Assembly: GCA_964035545.1 (NCBI GenBank)
Contig: CAXIUT010000054.1
Coordinates: forward strand, 54,474 to 85,222
Source: Bugula neritina
Lineage: Eukaryota > Animalia > Bryozoa
Length of the DNA: 30,749 nucleotides
Reading direction: 5' to 3'
Positions within the stretch are counted from its first letter, which is position 1; each line of letters opens with the position of its first letter. Below are positions 1 to 12,087 of the stretch, one piece after another. Position numbers and translations under genes: made by a program. A model generated the notes under the pieces. That model saw nothing but the letters and a program-made list of their open reading frames with translations, did no database searches and had not been told where the DNA came from.

Positions 1-75
1 CCCAACCCCAACCCCAACCCCAACCCCAACCCCAACCCCAACCCCAACCCCAACCCCAACCCCAACCCCAACCCC
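1..75 (+). repeat. Left telomere, (CCCCAA)n
   Basis: Perfect C4A2 repeats from base 1 (starting CCCAACCCC) to 75, followed by TATA and AT-rich sequence. C4A2 is the Tetrahymena-type ciliate telomere repeat. Confidence 0.99.
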
Positions 76-146
76 TATAAAAATAAAGAATTATGGATAT
101 TGGCAATACTTAATTCGAATAAGAATAGAATTGATAATGAGACAAA

Positions 147-1019
147 TCATCCTTTAATAATAAACCATTCATTTTGTTTTTTCTGTCCCCTCATAGCTTC
201 TCCTGCTCCTCTATGTCCCTCTTTCTCAGCAAAAGATTCTGTGTCTTGTTATTCACCAAAAAGCTTTTACTAAAAACTTACCACTCACTACCAAAATCAT
301 TCACATATCGAACACAGTCACTGCCCAACCATTGACCTGTTGATAAATGCTTCAAAAGAATACCTTCATCCTAAAGAACTTAGCAACCGACTGAATCAAA
401 ACGACGAGCTGGATCTACAGTCTAAACTACCCAAATAGAGTTAGCATTAAGTGTAGCAGTCATTGACACTTCTTGATATCGACTAAATTTTGAACTACGC
501 ATGGGATTGACAAGTAAACTTTGAAGATACAACTGAATAAAGATGTAAATACTTTTCTGTTGATAGCATGTGCAGTTATTCTGATTTTATCTCCATATTT
601 AATACTTTAAGATGTACTTTAGCCTGCAAACTAAACCCCAAAAGTATTTCTCAGAGCTATTTGTCTACTATTGGAAGTAGTAACAGCATAGCATTCCTAT
701 CCAAGTATGGGTTCGTTAACATTAAAAGCCAAAATTCCATTTGTACAAGAATTCATAAGTTGAATATGCTATCCTGCAATTAAAGCACTTTTTCCTATCC
801 TTCCTTCTCCTTTAGGACTAATTTCAACCTTTCTAATTTATAGGGTACATTTTGCTTAGCATAGTCGAGTTGAGAAGTATGGTTGAGAGTAAGATTGTTG
901 CCTTGCTGTTTTTTGTAAAGATATTATTTGAATTCATGGTCATCAAGTTCCTGTTATTAGTACCAATTGCCCAGTTTGGTCTTTGTAGTAAACCTAGAAC
1001 CAACGTTATAGTTGTGCAT
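147..1019 (-). CDS. CFAP161: Cilia- and flagella-associated protein 161-like
   Basis: With TAR=Glu: MHNYNVGSRFTTKTKLGNWYEEQELDDHEFKEYL...YGDKIRI...LYLQS...SKFSRYQEV...W...DP..RF...LLKHLSTGQWLGSD...YVNDFGSEWEV...KTQNLFAEKEG...QNEWFIIKG-TGA. Two 20-nt introns (829-848, 533-552). One apparent 1-nt deletion in a homopolymer at about 231-234. Family recognised from memory of motifs. Confidence 0.8.
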
Positions 1020-1110
1020 TAAGTTATATTTATTATTATATCATCTAGAAGTTATCCATTATATTAAAAATCATAATAATAAAATAATTAATATTAATGG
1101 ATCGCTATCA

Positions 1111-1970
1111 TCACAGATACTACCAGTCATACTTGTAGTCCATGTCATATCCATTTTTCTTCATCAATGCAGTGAGCCACCCTCTTATCTTTCCATAATC
1201 TGGCTCAGAAGAAAATTTTAGTTCGTCTAAATATGCATAAATATCTTCAAAATTAGGTGGTAAGCCAGATAGTAATTAACTTTTGCTTTTATTTTCAGAA
1301 TTAATGTCTACTAATTCGCATCTCTGATGGTATTTGCTTCGACTTGGGTCCAAGGAAGAGTCCCCTTTAGCAAAAATATCATCACATATAACCAACTTTC
1401 AAGTTCATCTTTCCTACCGATCCCTCCTTTTCCATTGGCTGCTCGACTGCTAAACCTTAATGACCCATTGAATTTATCTCTTGATTCTTAAGTAGCTATT
1501 TTTCCATTTTTAGTAAAAGAAGTACTAAACTAGAAATCATTCAAATAAATTTTATGATGCAATTTACCTCTACCCACTAAACAATTGCTAGCTTTTATAT
1601 CTCCATGCAACATCCCTATTCTATGAAGAGCATGTATTCTATCAAATAGTTGAATACCCACTATCAACACAGTTTTTAGACCCAATCGACCTCCACAGCG
1701 AATTCTCAACTCATCAACATTGTTGCTCAGATGTTCAAGAACCAAATAAATACGACCTTACCATTAGAAAGCCTCTTTTAGCTAAGAAAAACCACCCTAG
1801 TGTAACTCTCTCATTTTCTGATAAACTTTCACCTCATTCTATGCTGACTTGCTTTAAGATTTAGAGTAACTTTTGAGAATAAAAGATTGATGATCTTTAG
1901 CACATAGTTGAATATTTTTATATCCGCAATCTTTGATAGTTTATACTACTTTGTATTTTCCCTTGATCAT
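1111..1970 (-). CDS. Casein kinase 1-like protein kinase, atypical (DFG replaced by DFE, degenerate Gly loop)
   Basis: HGDIKASN catalytic loop, GSLRFSS, GRKDELESWLYVMIFLLKGTLPW, ELLSGLP, EPDY and YDW are CK1 hallmarks. ATG at 1970, TGA at 1111. One apparent 1-nt deletion in an A/T run at about 1281-1295. Confidence 0.8.
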
Positions 1971-2017
1971 TACTTTTTTATTATGCGTATCTCAATTTTA
2001 TTATTGTAGTTAAAATA
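1971..2017. promoter_or_regulatory. Putative bidirectional promoter (47 bp between divergent ATGs)
   Basis: Lies between the kinase ATG (1970, -) and the CobW ATG (2018, +); AT-rich. Promoter function is inferred from position only. Confidence 0.5.
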
Positions 2018-3041
2018 ATGTAGTCCAGTCAAAACAACAGCACTAAAAAAGATGCATAGATATATCTCCTAACTGGATTTTTTGGGGCAGGAAAAACTAC
2101 TATCATTCGAAAACTTCTAACTAACCCTCATGATTAAAAATATGCTGTCATTCAAAATTAATTCTCTGAAGGATAAATGGGTATCGAACAACCTTTAATT
2201 ATGGATGAGTCGGGAACTCCATTTAGTAACTTCTTATAACTACCTAATGGCTGTATCTGCTGCAGTGCTAAGTTTATATATATCAATTCAGAAACGACTT
2301 GATAGCTGCCATCGAGTATATCGTCGCTAATACTACTGTTCGCAAAATATTAGTGGAAACCAATGGAATGGCTGATCCTGTTCAAAGCATAAAACAATTT
2401 TGGTTTGATGAATAAGCTTTAATCAGAGCACAATTGCATTCTGTAGTAGCTATGGTCAATGGAAGGAAATGGGAAGAACAGAGCAAACTAGAATTATTTG
2501 ATAAGCAAATTGCTAGTGCTAATACAGTTATTGTTAGTTTTATTGATCAAATTGGACAAGAAGGGTTTCAAAAAGTTGTAGAGGGAATCAGAAAAATGAA
2601 CTTTTAATGCAATATTTAAAGGTAAAAATAGATTTATTAAGAAATGATATTGAAGATTTAACTTTACTCTTTAAAAATAAATCATTATTTGATAAGTAAT
2701 CTTTATTGCAGATCAGTCAATCCAATGTTTAACATCATGGACACAAAATAAAACCAATTTTCATTCGAGGATAATGCAATCTAACAACTCATTTATAAGT
2801 CTAGCAAGCAGTGGGTTAGTTATTGTGGTAAAGTGGCCTTAATATCATCAGAATAAAGGGCGCAATCTGTCTGAAAAGTCATCCTAATGTTTTCTAGCTG
2901 CAAGGAGTATAAGAGTTGTTCTAAGTGAAACCTACAAACACAGCTAAAAGTGTATATAAAAATGAAAGTCGAGTGTTGTGCATTGGATAGTAGTTATAAG
3001 AATAAAAAATAGCTAAGATTTTACATATAAATAAGTAGTGA
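2018..3041 (+). CDS. CobW/COG0523 family zinc-chaperone GTPase (CBWD/ZNG1-like)
   Basis: TGFFGAGKTT Walker A, IQNEFSE, ELPNGCICC, VETNGMADP, LLWE, IRIKG and LQGV. Two 20-nt introns (2272-2291, 2622-2641) give 328 codons in frame. Confidence 0.93.
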
Positions 3042-3057
3042 ATAAAAAACAATGATA

Positions 3058-5568
3058 TCAATTAGCTTATACTGAGCTTACTTATTTTACTTTGATTAAT
3101 TTGTTATCCCGCCATATTCCTCTTATTTTTTAATTGTAAATTGTGAAAAAAGTGCCCTAGCCATCAATTAAGTCATCTCGAAACTAACCCTCAAACCTTT
3201 ATCCATTGCTTAAAATCAAACATCCCAAACCATCTTTGTCATCTCTCATAAACCTGCCATTATATGATACCCATACTTATTCACCTAGTTAAAAATTTCT
3301 ATAATCAAACCCTTCTTCAAGTTTTTTGACATTTTCATTATAAAGTATTCCTTCTCCTTCCAAAGAATCAGAATTCCATTCACCCTGATAAGCAATCCTT
3401 CCATCTGCATAGTAAAGAGTACCATTACCGTGCATTTTGCCTTAAAACCAATCTCCACAATATTTACCTCCTTAGTTATAGTAGAAAATGCCATAACCAT
3501 TGCGTTAACCATTTTATTTACCACCCTCATACCAACCTTTTACAAACTGTTCTTTTACATACTTCGAATAAATCAAAGAACTTTATCTTTGACTCTCACT
3601 TCTAAGGGATTATTTCTTGTTTCCTCTCAAAGATTATTGAGGCTAACTTTTTTATAATAAATTATTTAGAGACTTCTTGACTGGACTTGGCTATCTTTTG
3701 TGTCTTATGCAGCTATTTTCCTTACTGTGATAAGCTGATAGACCTCCTTTAGAACGAATAAGATTCATAAGCTAAGGGGAAGTGAATATTTAAATATCTC
3801 TTGATTTAGATTTTAGATATCTTTGAGAGTTGCTATCTTTTAGTAGCATTGAATCAGACTATAGTTTTGGAGATCTAGTTTTAGTTCCATTGAACAAAGT
3901 TGAAAAACTATTTTCGTCTGAATGTAAATTTAAACCTATTGGCTCTCTTATGCTTCTCTCAGCTGAATTATCATACTAACTTATTTCATTAATATTTGAT
4001 AAATTTATAAGTTTTTTTGATTATCTAAATCTTGACTCAATGATGTATTCACACTCAGATTCATCAGTAACTTCAATTTAATAGAGATTGTCTAACCAAA
4101 TAGGAGTTTATTGCTAATTCCCAATATCTTCTTCATCTTATTTCATAACCTAGCAAGAGACCTAGTTAGTAATTTAGTTGCTTTACGTAGGAACTGATTA
4201 TGCTTTATTACTATTTTGAACTCTATTTTAAAACATCTCCCATTCCTTTCTTTATCTTCTGATAGTGTAGTCCAATTTGTAGTAGTCAAGTTCTTTTACT
4301 TTATCTCTTATTGTTACTCCTACTGATGCATACTAGCATTCAGGGTGAGATTAGTCTCCATCGCCTTTGACCATAAAACCACTGTCGTCTGGTTTATGAA
4401 ATATTGCACTTTTTGATGTTGTTAATTACTTTTTGTGGTTATTAATTGGATGACTATTTGAATGAATAGATTTTTAGCATCGAGATAGTTATAATTTTTG
4501 TTATTTTATGGTTATAATTTATTTTTATAATTAGTGGTATCCAACTCTTTATTTTCCATCCCATACTAACATCTTCTATACTAATTTTATAAATCCTAGA
4601 CTTATTTATATTCCTCGATTTTTTCTAAATCTCACACACTCTTAAATATATCGATTAAGTTGTTTCTAACTAAAAGTTTCCTTTTGATATAAGGGTCGCT
4701 CTAGCATTAACTGAAGTAAAGTCATTCCTAAACTAAATATCTGTCCATATCCTATATTGGTTGAAAGTCGACCAAGGGCAGTTGTATTTTTAATAGCTAC
4801 AGTCCCTTCAGGAGGCCAGTAGTAGGCAGTAAGAGGATCATATTATTAAGTTTATCTTTAAGTTAAGTTCATAGGATTTATAATAGTTTATCCTTCTTAA
4901 ATAAAATTAGTTTAGTCCTATTGATGACCAGATTGTTCGTAAAAATGAGATAACTACCATTCTCCTATCTTATATTTGCCTTATTTATCTATTTTAATAG
5001 TTTTTGGAGAAAGAAGAGGTTACTTGAACCCATTCTTAACCAAAAAATTACTTGCTTTAACTAAAATATCAATCAATTGTAGTAACTAATATTCTTGAAA
5101 GGGGAGATCTTTGATTCTTCTTCTTTATGCTTCTTGTTCAAGGTTACGAGCACAATATTGTTCACATAGTCTAATTTGTCCTTTAAAATGAGATCCTTCT
5201 TAAATTATATTTTTATGACACTGCCCTTCAAAGATGTTAAGTGTACACAATGTATTTACATTAACTTTGTTATCTTTTAGATCTATAGTATTGATAATAT
5301 TTCCCTTATTATCAGTTAATGAAAACGTCAGCAAAGGTAATATAAAACTATTTGTAATAGTTATTCGTTTATTATAGTACTTGATGTGCTATTCGATAAG
5401 TTAGGTACTTTTTCCATCAAGAGTCATACAAATCTAAGCTATTTCTTGATTGTTGGATTCAAAAAGTTAAATTTTACTGGCAGTATGATGAAGAGCAGAG
5501 TGTTTAAGAGGATGACAAGGACCTGGTAGAAGTGACTGAGAGAGAGGAGTAATAGAAGATTGACCCAT
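3058..5568 (-). CDS. Kinase-like (probable pseudokinase) domain + low-complexity linker + C-terminal MORN repeats
   Basis: 2511 nt (837 codons) from ATG to TGA with TAR=Glu. Begins MGQSS (possible myristoylation). LSPKTIKIDKEGKYKIGEW, YYWPPE and IFSLGMTLL resemble kinase subdomains. YEGGKENGERNGYGIFYY-type MORN repeats lie at about 3070-3560. Confidence 0.72.
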
Positions 5569-5772
5569 AACGGTTAGTTATTATTATTTTTATCTATATT
5601 AAAAAACTTTGATTAAATATTATTTGAAAGATTCTTTTTATTTACTTAAAAGTCTTAAAAATTAATGAAGAACAATCATTCAAGAAAGAAAATATTTGTT
5701 ATACGTTAAATGAGATTCTTTTTGAATTGATTGTTGAATTTTAAAATTTGGAATTGTTATTTTATTTATTTG

Positions 5773-6854
5773 ATGCCCAATCCTGAAAAAGTCTAGAAAA
5801 AAGAGATCGAGTTCCAATAAAACTATCTGACACAAAAAAAGGCACCTCCAATCAATATATAACAAGCTTATAAAACTTCTAAAGAATGTAGAAATGACTA
5901 TTCCTATGTTCAAGGATAATAGTCGCATCTGATTCGCAGAAGAATGATTCTCAAGGACCATCCTGAAATTGCCAAATTGCTTGTAGACGATAAACCTTAC
6001 ACAATTATTATAGTTTTAGTAGTTGTTTTCATCTGCATGCTGAACATGTATTACTCAATAGTACTCAATTAATTATCTAGGACAAGCCAATGTGGTTTAT
6101 CTTGTTGAATTCTTATCTTATAGGAGGAACTCTAGGTCATACTTTAGGTACTTGCATTCACGACTTGACTCACTACTGTGGAGGTTGCAACATGATGCTC
6201 AACAAAGTGATAGCAGTGATAGCTAACATTCCAATGGGTATTCCTTCTGCAATGTCCTATGGAAGGTATCATGCAGATCATCACAATTATTTGAGTGAGT
6301 CAAGGCAAGATCCTGATCTACCTCTGCCATGGGAATCAAAATTATCCTATAATAGTCCTTGGTATAAATATTTTTTCTATGGATTACATCCACTTTTCTA
6401 TGCACTTAGACCAATATTCATGGATAAACCATCCCTCAGAAAAGACTAATTTATCAACTACATCTTCATCATCTTCACTAACTTCCTTATCTATCACTTT
6501 TGGGGAGGAAATGCTCTCTTATTTGCTTTTATTCAAGGACTCAGTACAGGTGGTCCTCACCCCGCAGCTGCCCATCTCATCGCTGAACACTATGAATTCA
6601 TCAAAGGACAGGAAACTTATGATTATATTGGATGGTGGAACATTCTCAACATTAATTTGGGCTATCATGTAGAACACCATGACTTTCCAACTTGTCCTTG
6701 GTGGAATCTCAAAAAGGTTAGAGAGTTAGCTCCCTAATACTACTAGTATCTTCCTTATCGTACCAGTTACTGGAAAGTGATAAAAGACTTTCTGGGTGAT
6801 GTTAATTTTAACCTTTACAATAGAACTATCAGAATTCCACCCAAAAAAGAATGA
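5773..6854 (+). CDS. DEGS1: Sphingolipid delta(4)-desaturase / C4-hydroxylase (DEGS family)
   Basis: N-terminal SHLIRRRMILKDHPEI; His boxes HDLTH, HADHH and HVEHH; HPAAAHLIAEH, QETYDY and APEYY. One 20-nt intron (6061-6080) gives 354 codons. Confidence 0.95.
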
Positions 6855-7090
6855 TTTTTGATCAATATATCTGATCATATCAAAAATATATTTAGAATTA
6901 ATAAATATACTTTTTTTAATTTGAAAATTAGAATATTGATTCAATATTTACTTATTTTTAACATTCTGATAGTTTTTTTCATTTGTTCCTCTTTATAATA
7001 AAAATTAATTAACAGTGAAAATTATAATAATGAAACTGCTATTGATAATTCATAAAACGCATATTAATTGATTGTTCATATTTAATTGAA

Positions 7091-10000
7091 ATGAAAATCA
7101 AACCACTCAATCAAAAACTAAGACCTATCGCTCAATCACAAGTTATAGCCAATGAACCAACTCTCAACATATCCAACATCAAGTCAAAATACCAACTACA
7201 CTTTGGAAACTAATTCAAACATCTCCTAGAAGCAAGAGATCAAGTTCTAGAACATGAATTTGACTTTTAACTCAAACTTAACAGCTCAGAATTTGATAAC
7301 TAAAATTATACTAATACTTAATGGTATAATTCTATTCTTTTAAAGATTCAATAGTTTCTTGTCTAAAGTCTCAGCAATGTAGTTTCTATTTCATTCAAAT
7401 TCCTTTGTTAATCCAAACTAGAAGGAAAATAAGCTCAAGAGTATGCTTCAAAAAATATGATGGTCAATATTCACTCAATATTCAAAAAAACTATCGAAGC
7501 AATCAATAAAAATTAACATCTAAAAAATATATAAGGCTTAAGAACTAAATTAATAAAAAAAGTAGATCAAATGATAGAAAATATTTTAGATAATTTAGCT
7601 GAAAACTATCCTCAAGCACCAGTGGCAGGAGGAACTCCAAGAATGAGATAAGTGATAAATGATGTAAACAGAACTGAAGATGAACTTAATGATTTTATTT
7701 ATGCTAATGATCTAAAGATAAGTGATTCTCTTTAAATAGTAGAAGATAACAATGGTTTAAAAACAATAAAATTTCAACCTTAGGCAGACTATACTTAATA
7801 TATAATGACAGTGATAAATAAGGTAATTCAAATAACTCAATAGAACAAAGAAGATTCAAGATAAAGAACAGTCAAATAAATATTTACATAGTTCAATTAA
7901 AAACTATTTTATATTTGCCAACAAAAATAATATCAATAAATCATCAATACCCTTCATGATGCAACTAATCCTCAATAAAATACTGAACTAACAAATACAA
8001 TCAATAACTATTTTGATCATACTCTATAACTTAAACAATAAAGCGTCAAAATACTCTAACTTGGATTAAAAAATAAATAAATCAAAAATCATAATACTTA
8101 AAAGTATGAAAAACAATATTTAAACACAAAAAGAAGTTGATAATAACTAACAATTATGTAGATTATTAAAAATGATTCAATAAACTGATTCTGGAGTTGA
8201 AGTATTGAAAAGATAAAAAAAAGCATGAAATAGGACAAAAAATACCAAGTTATTGTAAAAGTATTCAGTAGACAAGATATTGCTAATAAAAATTTTACTT
8301 CAAAACATTCTTCTATTCTAAGAATATTAACTAAATGGGCAGGTTACCTTGAATAAATATTTTAAGAACCAGAATCTCATATTTTAGCTAGAGATTACCT
8401 CTTTAAAACAGTCGAACATTCTATAGTAAATGTTGATGATGGAATAAATGGAAAATAAAGATTAATTAAAATGCTTAAACAAATAGTATATTTCAGTCAA
8501 AAGTCATTTGATACTATTGTTGAATAAAATTACCAATTTATGGGTTAATTTTTAAGTAATCAAGAAGACAATATCAGTTGCAATGTAAATCGATATACTT
8601 AAACAAGAAAAGTATCATCATAGATCAACACAGTTCTTACTTTTCTTATGATTAACTATACATCTCTCCTCATGTCATCATCTGATTAGAGCAGGACAAA
8701 AAATAGCTACTCTCTAAAATACACAAAATATTAACTTAATCTCATTCAAAGTCAGTGATATCATGAGATCAAAACTACAATGCAATTAAAATAGTTTTAT
8801 AAGCATCCTAAAAACTATGTACCTGCTTGATAACAATATAAAGATGTAATAAAAATTCAAATTGGTGAGAATAAAGAATAAATTAGATGATCCAGCCAAT
8901 AACATCATAATTAATTATTTATTTTATGGGTAAAATACAATGTTAATTACAGTTATCATTCAGTAGTCAAAAGGAAAATAAAAGAATTATTTTAATTTTA
9001 GTCATTTTATCTATTAACTAATTAGAGGTAAATTTGGGGCTATTACCTAATGTGCTGTTATGATTTCTCAACTAGATCCAATGATAGCTTCCTGTAAAAG
9101 TAGTTTTTATAATTAAAAAAATAAATTCCAAATCATTCCTAAAATAAAATAAGTATAAAAAAAAGAAACAAACAAAATGAAAGAAGTAGGGAAACAATAA
9201 TTAATTTTATTGGTAAAATAAAGATGAAAGTATAAAATAGTATTTATAAATGTCAAGATTGTTTAAAATATGTAATAATTCAATCTAAAAATCGATTATC
9301 AAATTCTGTTAAACACAACATATGCAATCAATGCATCATTAGATAGGAAAATCCAGTAAAAAAATTTAAAAATAAAATACTTGTTCTCATAGATAAAGGA
9401 ATCTAGTAAAATTGGCTCTATAGAATCAGATAATATAAATCATTCAAACATATAGATAAATATAGTTGTTTTTTATCTGTAAATAGTAAAAATCAATGTG
9501 ATATTAAAAATAATAATAAATTCACAATCATAACTAAAGAAATTTATGATAAAAACTATAATATAAAAACATAAAATAAATGTCTTCTTCTAATTTTGAT
9601 TTTTCAATACTTGATTATGTCGATATTACTAAGAAGATAAAAAAGTCATAAAATAAACCTATAATGAACTTTTATATTAAATTTCAAGTCTTTCATAGAT
9701 ATCTCAATAAATAAAAAATATCATACAACTTGATGAATAAGCATAGATACAAATATAAAAATTTATTGAGGCCTTTTTTATAATTTAGAAGTGAAAAAAG
9801 ATTAATAAAAACAATAAAATTTAAAGCATAAATCATAAACGTGAATAAAGATTAAAAATAACTAAAATAGCTATAAAAGATAGTTGAAGTATATATATTG
9901 AAGACAAAAGATAAAAAGTGTCTTAAATATCCTAAATATGATCGTTTAGATATTTCAGGTATTAAAAGAATATAAGCTTAAAAATTATAAATCAATCAAA

Positions 10001-11823
10001 TACCAAAATTCATTAAATACTTTGATAGGCTACAGACTCTAGTTCTAAATAATAACAATATAAGTTCTATTTAAACATAATATCTCCCTTACTAACTAAA
10101 TTAAATACAATTTGTAAAAAATAAAATAAATTCAATAGATTTGTCTAACAAAAAAAGATAACTACTATTAATTTAAAATCAAACTAAATGTTAGAAATTA
10201 AATTATAAAATTTTGAATATCTTAAAAATATTAATCTCAGTTTTAATAAAATAACCAAAGCAGATTTATTCAACCTCCCTAAACTTACCACACTTAACCT
10301 CTCTTCAAACAAATTGACTGAAATAAAATTATAAAATTTCTAAAATCTTAAAGATATTTAACTAGATTACAATCAACTTATTAATATTCATCTATTTAAC
10401 CTCCCGAAAATCAGTTTTTTAAGATTATAATAAAATCGACTCAAATAAATCAATTTATAAGAACTAAAAAATTTAAGAGATCTTAACCTGGCCTGCAATA
10501 AACTTAGCCATCTTGATGTATCAAATTTAAATAACCTTGTAACTCTAGAGGTAGCATACAATAATTTAACATAAATAAAAGATATAAAATCTAGATAATA
10601 TCTCTAAAATATGTGTTTCATAAAATAAGTTAACCAATGTCGACTTCAATAATCTACCTTAGATTCGTAAGATTGACCTTAATAAAAATAACTTAACAAA
10701 ATTAAAGCTAGATAGCCTAAATAAACTTAATGTAATCGAATTAAGATAGAATAAGATTACACATTTGTAGCTATCTAATCTTCAAAATTTATCTAATTTT
10801 CCAATAACAGACCAACCATTAAAACATGTTAAATTATTTCAACCTTTATAATTTAAGAGCAATATTACTTTATTCAAATAAAATAAAATCAATAGAATTA
10901 ATAAAATTACCCAAACTTTACTCTCTTAGTCTGACAGACAATCAACTTTAGTAAATCAAATTAAACAATCTATAAAGTCTTACAGTTGCTAAAATTTCAC
11001 GCAATAAACTCAAGAATATTGACTTAAATAATATTCCAAAACTTTAAACACTTTTCCTAAATAACAATCAACTTCAATAAATTAAATTTTAAAACTATCA
11101 AAATCTTACCTCTTTAAATCTCAAATAAAATCAATAAAAAAAGTTAGTTTATCTAATTTACCAGAACTTAATCTCCTAGACATCTCTCTAAACTAACTCT
11201 CATAAATCAAGTTATAAAATCTATAAAAACTAACTACTGCTAAACTATTTAACAACTAACTCACACAAATAGATCTATTTAACCTACCCAGTCTTTTTGG
11301 TCTTTAGTTGAAACTAAATAAATTATCGAATATCAAATTAATAAAACTATAATCACTTATGTCTATTGATATCAGTAAAAATGAATTAACTGATATTACT
11401 TTATAAGATTTACCTAAATTATAAATTATAAAACTTTAGTAAAACAAACTAACAAAAATCAAACTTGAAAATTATAACTAACTTAAAATAGTAGACTTAA
11501 ATAAAAATTAGCTATCTAGCCTTGAATTATTTAATCTACCTAACCTTAAAACTCTTACTTTAAGTTATAATTTATTAACTTAAATAAAATTACAACATCT
11601 AGATACTCTTAAATAACTAAATATGACAAATTTAACTGAACTAAAAGTCAAATAACTGCCTTTAAAAATATAAAATCTTCATCTATGTGATCAATTAGCA
11701 AGATAGTTAGACTTTTAAGAACTAAAATAATTGAAAATGTTGAAAATCAATGGAGTAATATAAAGATAAACACTCAAAAATTTATCATAAAAAGTTCAAT
11801 TAAAACTCAATTAAAATGAATGA
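7091..11823 (+). pseudogene. Frameshift-interrupted gene (pseudogene or uncorrected sequence): helical N-terminus + RelA/SpoT-like nucleotidyltransferase + CxxC..CxxC + about 25 LRRs
   Basis: Open from ATG 7091 to TGA 8138-8140, then coding-like sequence continues across roughly ten or more +1/-1 shifts, mostly at homopolymers. Motifs: SDIMRS (8754), VRIKNKL (8865), CELQL (8941, +1 frame), HFIYELIR (9003), CQDC (9251), CNQC (9323). 21-aa LRRs run from about 10030 to 11700. Probable TGA at 11821-11823. Confidence 0.6.
10030..11700 (+). repeat. Leucine-rich repeat array, 21-aa (63-nt) period
   Basis: e.g. NLPKLTTLNLSSNKLTEIKLE / NFENLKDIELDYNQLINIHLF / NLPNLKTLTLSYNLLTEIKLQ. Consensus LxxLxLxxNxLxxIxLxNLx. 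Confidence 0.9.
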
Positions 11824-12087
11824 TCTTAGAATTTAATCCCTTTATTCAATATTATTAACATAGTTTTCTAATTTATCTCTTTCTTCAGCTTATTTATTCA
11901 GCTTATTTTATTTTATCAACAATTTTTTTTAATTATACTGACAGAAAATAACTAATAAAAGTCAATTACCAGATCCAAATATTTCCACGAGATATTATCG
12001 ATGTCTTAGATAGTTTTAATTAATAGAAGAAATATGTTTTTGCTTTATAATACATTATTGATATTATTTTGATAAAAGATCATTTGA

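Noticed and set aside
8138-8228. UGA read-through (Trp/Cys/Sec) in the NTase-LRR gene
   Set aside because: Several TGAs cluster in that frame while an adjacent frame reads cleanly, and no conserved gene in the window needs an in-frame TGA.
10030-11700. Periodic region as a CRISPR array or satellite
   Set aside because: The periodicity is at protein level (LRR); there are no identical DNA direct repeats with spacers.
7091-11823. Euplotes-style programmed +1 frameshifting as the explanation for the broken frames
   Set aside because: The shifts go in both directions and lack a shared AAA-stop motif, and TAA/TAG are sense codons here. Homopolymer indels also occur in CFAP161, the CK1-like gene and the last gene.
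11884-11909. Short tandem duplication of TTCAGCTTATTT downstream of the LRR locus, as a possible target-site duplication
   Set aside because: The copies are adjacent, and I saw no matching copy upstream of 7091, no terminal inverted repeats and no transposase.
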